Origin: Rebecca billardiae RCC1528
Lineage: Eukaryota; Protista; Haptophyta
Assembly (NCBI GenBank): GCA_965240325.2
Contig: OZ251238.1
Span: forward strand, 620,001 to 684,000
Length of the DNA: 64,000 bases
Reading direction: 5' to 3'
Shown here: positions 59,005-64,000 of the stretch, piece by piece
How positions within the stretch are numbered: position 1 is the stretch's first letter
Layout: each line of letters starts with the position of its first letter
Program-made: the position numbers and the translations under genes
The notes under the pieces: generated by a model
Told to the model about the DNA's origin: nothing
The model's input: the letters and a program-made list of their open reading frames with translations, nothing else
Databases searched by the model: none

Positions 59005-61080
59005 TCAACGCAGCTCGTAGTACCGGCCGGTGGTCGGCTCGTAGTAGCAGTTGAGCACTGGGTCGAACTTGATCGAGATCGCGCCTCCGCCGCCCGACTG
59101 CTGCGCGCTGCCGCCCGTTGACGACGGCTCGGCCGACGCGGCCGCGTTCTGGGCGGCGCGGGCCGCCGCGTCGGCGATCGGCACGCCGAGCCGGCCGGTG
59201 ATGATCGCGTCGGCTTTCGCCGTCTGGTGCTCCGGACCGGCGCGCGCTGCGCTAGCACCGGCGCCAACCGAGCGCTTGACTCGACCGGGTCGACGGGCGG
59301 CCGCGCGCGGCTGCTTGGTCGCGCCCGCGGTAGCGGCCGCAGCCGCGGGCGGCGGCGCGAGCGGCCAGCGCGATTCATCAGCCGCGCTCGGTGCTTCCGC
59401 GGCGCCCAACGGTCGCCGCGCCGAGAGCGGGATCACCGGCGGCGAGAAGAGGCGCTCGTCCGCCGCTGCGGGTGCAGCGATCACCTCGGGGCGCGCCGTC
59501 GCGGTTGCGGCCGCGCGCGCGTCCGCTGCAGCCGCGTGCGCGTCCGCCTCCGCAGGCGCCAGGAGGGGCTCGCCGATCTGCGGCGTGTCGTCCGCGTCGG
59601 CGTCGTCCTCGAACGGCCCAGAGGGCGAGGGCGGCTCGAGGCGGAACACCGCCTCGACCTCGGCAGCGCTCGGGACGCTCGACGCGCCGGCGGCCGCGGC
59701 CACGGGCTCAGGTGCCTCGACCGGGGCGACACGGGCGGGCAGAGCGCGCCGAGCGCGCGGCCCGGCCGCGCCCACTGCGCCGCCCGCGCGCGGCTGACGC
59801 CCGGCCACGGGCGCGTTGACGGGGGCCGCCGGGTCGAGACCGAGCGTCGGCCGCGCCCGACGCGCCGCGCCCAACTCGACGGACGCGTCGCCCTCGCGCT
59901 CGTGCCTTGCAGCCGTGTGCGCGACGCCCACTCCCGGGCCGCCCGCGCCCGGCTCCGCCGGGTCCACTGAGCGGCGGGTGCGCCGGAACAGCTTACGTGG
60001 CGGTGCCTTTCCAGAGCCCCGCCCAGCGCCCGCGCCGGCCGGCGCAGCCTCGGCCCCAGCCCCAGCCGCCACGCCGGCGGCCGCGCCACTCGCCGTCGGC
60101 ACGACCGTGCCTCCTGTCAAGCGCCGCGAGGCGCGCGCTCGGGAGCCGAGCGGCGGCGGCGGGCTGCGCGTCGCGCCACCATGCTGCGCTGTGCCGTCTC
60201 TCCTCAGCCCCCCTCTGGGCGGCGGCGCTAGGTGGGCGTCGCGGCCGGGCGCGGGCTCGTCGAGCACGGCCTCGGCGCCGTGCGCCCGGGCCTCGGCCGC
60301 GCCCGCTCCACCCGTCGGCAGCGCCGGCTGCGCCCAGTCTGCGGCATCGCCGACAGTTGAAGGCGTGCGGTCTGCACGCGTGCGCTTGAGCGGCGAGCGC
60401 TGCGGGCTGCGCGGGCTCGGCGAGGGCAGCGGCGCCTCGATGGGCGGGATGGGCGGGCACGACTGCCTGTACCGCGGCGGGCCGCCGCCCGCCGCTGAGC
60501 CCAACGCCCGCGCGCTGGGCACGGGGATGCGCGAGGTCGGAATCCCGAGCTCAGCAAGCGCCAGCCTCGCCGCGGCGATGCCCGTGCGCGCGGGCTTGGC
60601 TGCGACGAGCGTGAGGGGCGGGACGGCGTTGGCGGACTGCAGCGCACGAGACGCATCGTGGCGCAGCTCGTGCGCCAGCGGGGAGGACGCCGCGTGCACC
60701 GGCTGCGCCGATGGCGGCACGAGGACTGGTGGTGGTGGCGGCGGCGGCGGCGGCGGATGCGGCAGTTGGCAGGCCAACTGCTGCGACGAGGGCGCAGAGA
60801 GCGCGGAGGGTAGGCCCATGCGCCGCGCATCGCCGAGTGGAGGGAGCTGCGCCCCTCGATCTCCTCGCGGCGCCGTGTGCGAGCGGAAGGGCCCCGCAGC
60901 GAGCGCGCGCGACTCGTGGCCACGCAGCTCGGGTGGCACAGCGCGCGGCGCGCGCCCGCGCCGGCTGACCACGGGGACAGGACCGACGGGTGAGCCCGCG
61001 AGCGGCGAGTGCGAGTCCAGCAAGGTGATGCGTGCATGACGCCCGCCGACCATGCCCGCGCTCGTCGGAGAGAGCTCCAT
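59005..61080 (-). CDS. Low-complexity protein with CFAP20DC/C3orf67-like C-terminal motif
   Basis: Ends in IKFDPVLNCYYEPTTGRYYELR*. The rest is Pro/Ala/Arg-rich and probably disordered. Confidence 0.65.
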   Translation of the reverse strand: MELSPTSAGMVGGRHARITLLDSHSPLAGSPVGPVPVVSRRGRAPRAVPPELRGHESRALAAGPFRSHTAPRGDRGAQLPPLGDARRMGLPSALSAPSSQQLACQLPHPPPPPPPPPPVLVPPSAQPVHAASSPLAHELRHDASRALQSANAVPPLTLVAAKPARTGIAAARLALAELGIPTSRIPVPSARALGSAAGGGPPRYRQSCPPIPPIEAPLPSPSPRSPQRSPLKRTRADRTPSTVGDAADWAQPALPTGGAGAAEARAHGAEAVLDEPAPGRDAHLAPPPRGGLRRDGTAQHGGATRSPPPPLGSRARASRRLTGGTVVPTASGAAAGVAAGAGAEAAPAGAGAGRGSGKAPPRKLFRRTRRSVDPAEPGAGGPGVGVAHTAARHEREGDASVELGAARRARPTLGLDPAAPVNAPVAGRQPRAGGAVGAAGPRARRALPARVAPVEAPEPVAAAAGASSVPSAAEVEAVFRLEPPSPSGPFEDDADADDTPQIGEPLLAPAEADAHAAAADARAAATATARPEVIAAPAAADERLFSPPVIPLSARRPLGAAEAPSAADESRWPLAPPPAAAAATAGATKQPRAAARRPGRVKRSVGAGASAARAGPEHQTAKADAIITGRLGVPIADAAARAAQNAAASAEPSSTGGSAQQSGGGGAISIKFDPVLNCYYEPTTGRYYELR

Positions 61081-61490
61081 CTGCGCGAGCTGGGCGCGTG
61101 CAACCGCCGCAGGTGTGCGCTGGACGTCCGCGAAATCCCGAGCTGCGCTACAAGAGCGCGCAGCCGTTTTATCGGCGGCGTGCGCATCACTTTCCTCCTC
61201 GTCAAACCGATGTGTCTTGCTATTAATAGCGTGGTTTGTGGTACAACCCGCTCGCCGCGTGAAAAGCGGACCGTAGCTAATTATAAGCTATTATCGGCGG
61301 AGGGAGTTCGTCAACGACTTCTTTCGAAGTCTCGGGCTCTTAAAGATCACTCTGAGCGCTGACGTGACGAACCGGCCCCCACCTGGAGCCGACGCGTGCG
61401 CCGGTTGGGAGGCGAATAAAAGGGCAAAAAAAGCCAGAAAAGGGCAAAAAAAGCGAAAACTGTCGTCACGCCCGGAGCTCCAGAAAATCC

Positions 61491-62302
61491 ATGGAGCTGG
61501 AGCCTGCGGACAAGAAGCGGACCACGGGCCGTCGCTGCAGCCCCGTCGCATCAGCTACAGCAGCCATGGTGGGAGGTGGGGCGCTCATCATCATCGGGAT
61601 CGTCGTTTCGCGGGTTTCCGACCCCGCGCGCCTGAGCGGCCGCCCGCGCATCATGCGTGGCGATGAGTCGCTGATGACCTCGGGCAAGCACGGCTCGTGC
61701 GTGGGGCCGGTGCAATCGCCTCTGCGGTGGGGGTGCTCCGTGCAGACGTCAGACCAGATCTGCTGCTTCAACCGCCACTTTGCTGAGTACGCAGGCTACT
61801 GGGAGACGACGAGCTTCATGCAGGTGCCCGCCCGCACCGCGCCGCGCCCCTCTGCCGGCCACACATGTTGTGCGACGACGCGCTCACGTCAGTGACCGCA
61901 CCGCGTCGACCCTCGCGCCGGCAGGAGGCAAACCAGAAGCGCACCGTCTTCCGCGACCCTGTCACTGGTCTGCCCCTCTTCGTCGCACCCGTCGGCCGCA
62001 GCTGGCAGGCGTTTCTGGACGAGTCCAAGCGGCACGGCTGGCCCTCGTTCCGCACGAACGAGGTGGTGTGGGCGAATGTGCGCGTGCTGGGCAACGGCGA
62101 GACGGTCTCGGTGAACGGCACGCACCTCGGGCACAACCTGCCGGACATGAAGGGGGCGCGGTTCTGTATCAACCTCGTGTCCGTCGCTGGGCATGCCCTC
62201 GATGGTCGTGGCGACGACGAGCCGCCACCCGGCTTCGACGAGGATGGCGACGACGGCGACAGCGGTGGCGAGAGCGAGGAGGAGCAGGTTGCTGTGTCTT
62301 AG
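61491..62302 (+). CDS. MsrB/SelR-like methionine-R-sulfoxide reductase with N-terminal anchor
   Basis: HGWPSF, THLGHNLPD and RFCIN. N-terminal TM. Intron ~61824-61925. Confidence 0.75.
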
Positions 62303-62759
62303 CTCGGCAGCAGCGTACGGTGTGCATCACGGTGTGACCGCCGCGCGGACTGTCACCGACCGTGCGACCGTTCAGTAGCGCAGCATCGCTGCGGAGCCGA
62401 GCGGCCCACGTCGCCTGGCAGCCAGCGCAGCATCATGGCGGCCGCAGCGGCGCCGATTGCGGATTGGCCGGCGCGGCCGGCGACCGCGGGTCCGGGGCCC
62501 GGCGCCGTGCGGCGGGCGCCCGCGCCGTGCCCTGTGGACCCTGTGCATCGCTGAGTGGCCCGGCCGCCGGCGGCCGCCACGTGCGGGCAGCATTGGCAGG
62601 TGGCACACTGGCACTGAGGTAGTGTAAGTGGGCGGACCGATGGATGGGCCTTGAAGCGCGCTTCGCTGTAACCGGTGGAGACGCGTAGGTAGAGACGGTC
62701 GTGGAGTACAATATTAATATTACGCGTCAGAACGACGGTACAATAGCTAGGGGCCCACG

Positions 62760-64000
62760 ATGGCGACAAGGCCTATGCCCTGGCGCAAGCGCCTTTTTGT
62801 CGTGAAGGCTGGCCTAGCCGCGGGTGTCGGCGCGAGCATCGCGCTCATCCCCGCTGTGGGCGTGCTGGCGCGTGGCTATCAGGCGTGGCTCATGCTCGGC
62901 GTCATTGGCCTTGCTGCGGGGCCAACACTCGGCGGCATTACCTCGAGGGGAGGTAATGTTCTCGCTGGAACGGCGGTGGCCGCGGCGCTGAGCGTGCCGT
63001 TTGAGCTCACATGCAGCACGCTGCCACTCGAGGCGGAGGCCGCTGTCATCGCCATCGCTATCACCAGCATGACCTCGCTCGGCATGCTGGCCATCATCCG
63101 CATGCGCACGGCCCCGTCGCTTGCCGCGTGGGAGTACGCCGCCGCCTCGTGTGTGCTCATCTTCGACATGCTGCTGGTCATGAACGTGATGGAGGGGAGC
63201 GCTGCCATCTCCGCCACGCGTGCAGGCGCTGTCGGCGCGGGCGTCGCCATCGGCGCGGTCTTCACGTTTGTGCTGCCGTACCGGGCAGTGGATGCGCTCC
63301 GGGATGACGTCGCCGACTCCCTTCGCGATGTGGCGCGCCTCGTGCCGCTCGTCACGGGCCACTTCACACAAGGTGTGCGAATCCCACCCGTACACGCGCT
63401 CATCACCGCCCGGCCCACCGCGGCGCCGGCTGCGGGGGCGGTCGACGCTGACCCGGCGCACACCCTCTTCCTGCGCCTCGTGGCTGGCCGTGAGCGCCAA
63501 GCCAAGCTGGGTTTTGAGGCCTCGTGGGAGCTCGGCCCGTTTTCGTGGCCTCGCGCGCTTCGCGGGGTGGCCCGCGCCGGCTCGCTGGCTGCAACGAGCA
63601 GCCCGTGCCCGTGCGCAGAGCGCCACACGACCGTGCCCCACCGGTGGCAGTACGCGCAGCTGGGCCGAGCCGTGCGCGCGCTGGCCTACGTCTCGCTGAG
63701 CATCGACGCGCACAACCGCACGTACGAGCAGGCACGCGCAGCAGGCGGCAGCAGCGAAGCGTGGGCGCCGCCACGGCCAGCATCGCAGTTCGAGGACGTG
63801 CCGGAGTTCCGCGCCCTCGTCCTGGCGCTGGAGGACCTGGCTGCAGCGATGGCGGCTTCTCTCGAGGCCGCCGCCGACGTGCTTGACGCCTCGGCGGCGG
63901 GCGGCGGCGCGGAGGTGCGAGGCGCGTGCGAACGGGCGCTGCATGGCGTGCACGGCTCAGGGAGCAGCGCAGCCACGGAGTCGTGCGCTGTGCCAGTACG
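62760..64000 (+). CDS. ALMT/FUSC-superfamily membrane transporter, 5' part (runs off window end)
   Basis: Manual translation (absent from ORF track): VKAGLA, PTLGG..SRG.N...GT, EYA...CVLIF, LPYRAVDALR, ASWE and WQYAQLGRAVRALAY. About 6 TM segments. Confidence 0.7.
   Translation, partial: MATRPMPWRKRLFVVKAGLAAGVGASIALIPAVGVLARGYQAWLMLGVIGLAAGPTLGGITSRGGNVLAGTAVAAALSVPFELTCSTLPLEAEAAVIAIAITSMTSLGMLAIIRMRTAPSLAAWEYAAASCVLIFDMLLVMNVMEGSAAISATRAGAVGAGVAIGAVFTFVLPYRAVDALRDDVADSLRDVARLVPLVTGHFTQGVRIPPVHALITARPTAAPAAGAVDADPAHTLFLRLVAGRERQAKLGFEASWELGPFSWPRALRGVARAGSLAATSSPCPCAERHTTVPHRWQYAQLGRAVRALAYVSLSIDAHNRTYEQARAAGGSSEAWAPPRPASQFEDVPEFRALVLALEDLAAAMAASLEAAADVLDASAAGGGAEVRGACERALHGVHGSGSSAATESCAVPV

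Noticed and set aside
35544-62302. MsrA and MsrB-like genes as a functional cluster, and ALMT plus STAR1/2 as an aluminium-tolerance cluster
   Set aside because: They are separated by ~20-25 kb of unrelated housekeeping genes, with no evidence beyond coincidence.

Overview
A very GC-rich, intron-containing eukaryotic nuclear segment from a flagellated alga with a complex plastid. Evidence: nuclear psbO and msrA with bipartite leaders, and EFHC1/Rib72. A pavlovophyte haptophyte such as Diacronema is my best guess, by inference only. About 23 protein-coding genes are supported: two sulfotransferase-like proteins, a secreted RCC1/BLIP-II plus extensin-like protein, a SERGT/HPAT-type glycosyltransferase with ShKT, NOL12, a HET/TIR-like protein, EFHC1, an IQ protein, a tandem pair of small beta-rich proteins, a DUF248 methyltransferase, MsrA, TRAPPC6, a FetB-FetA fusion, an ATP9/Neo1 flippase, SAM-cyclin Y, PsbO, MsrB-like and ALMT-like proteins, and several hypotheticals. 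Most long ORFs in the track are GC shadow frames. The standout finding is a spliced gene at 11559-15225 (-) that appears to encode Mediator subunits MED10 and MED14 as one in-frame fusion. Other notable items are a SAM-cyclin Y fusion, a single-chain STAR2/STAR1-type ABC transporter and stand-alone putative defence or toxin-fold proteins. Intergenic DNA holds many non-autonomous elements: a 3-kb foldback element with 870-bp TIRs and a 5-bp TSD, two Helentron/Helitron2-like copies, hAT-like relics and short interspersed repeats. All family assignments come from recalled motifs, not database searches, and all splice models are predictions.
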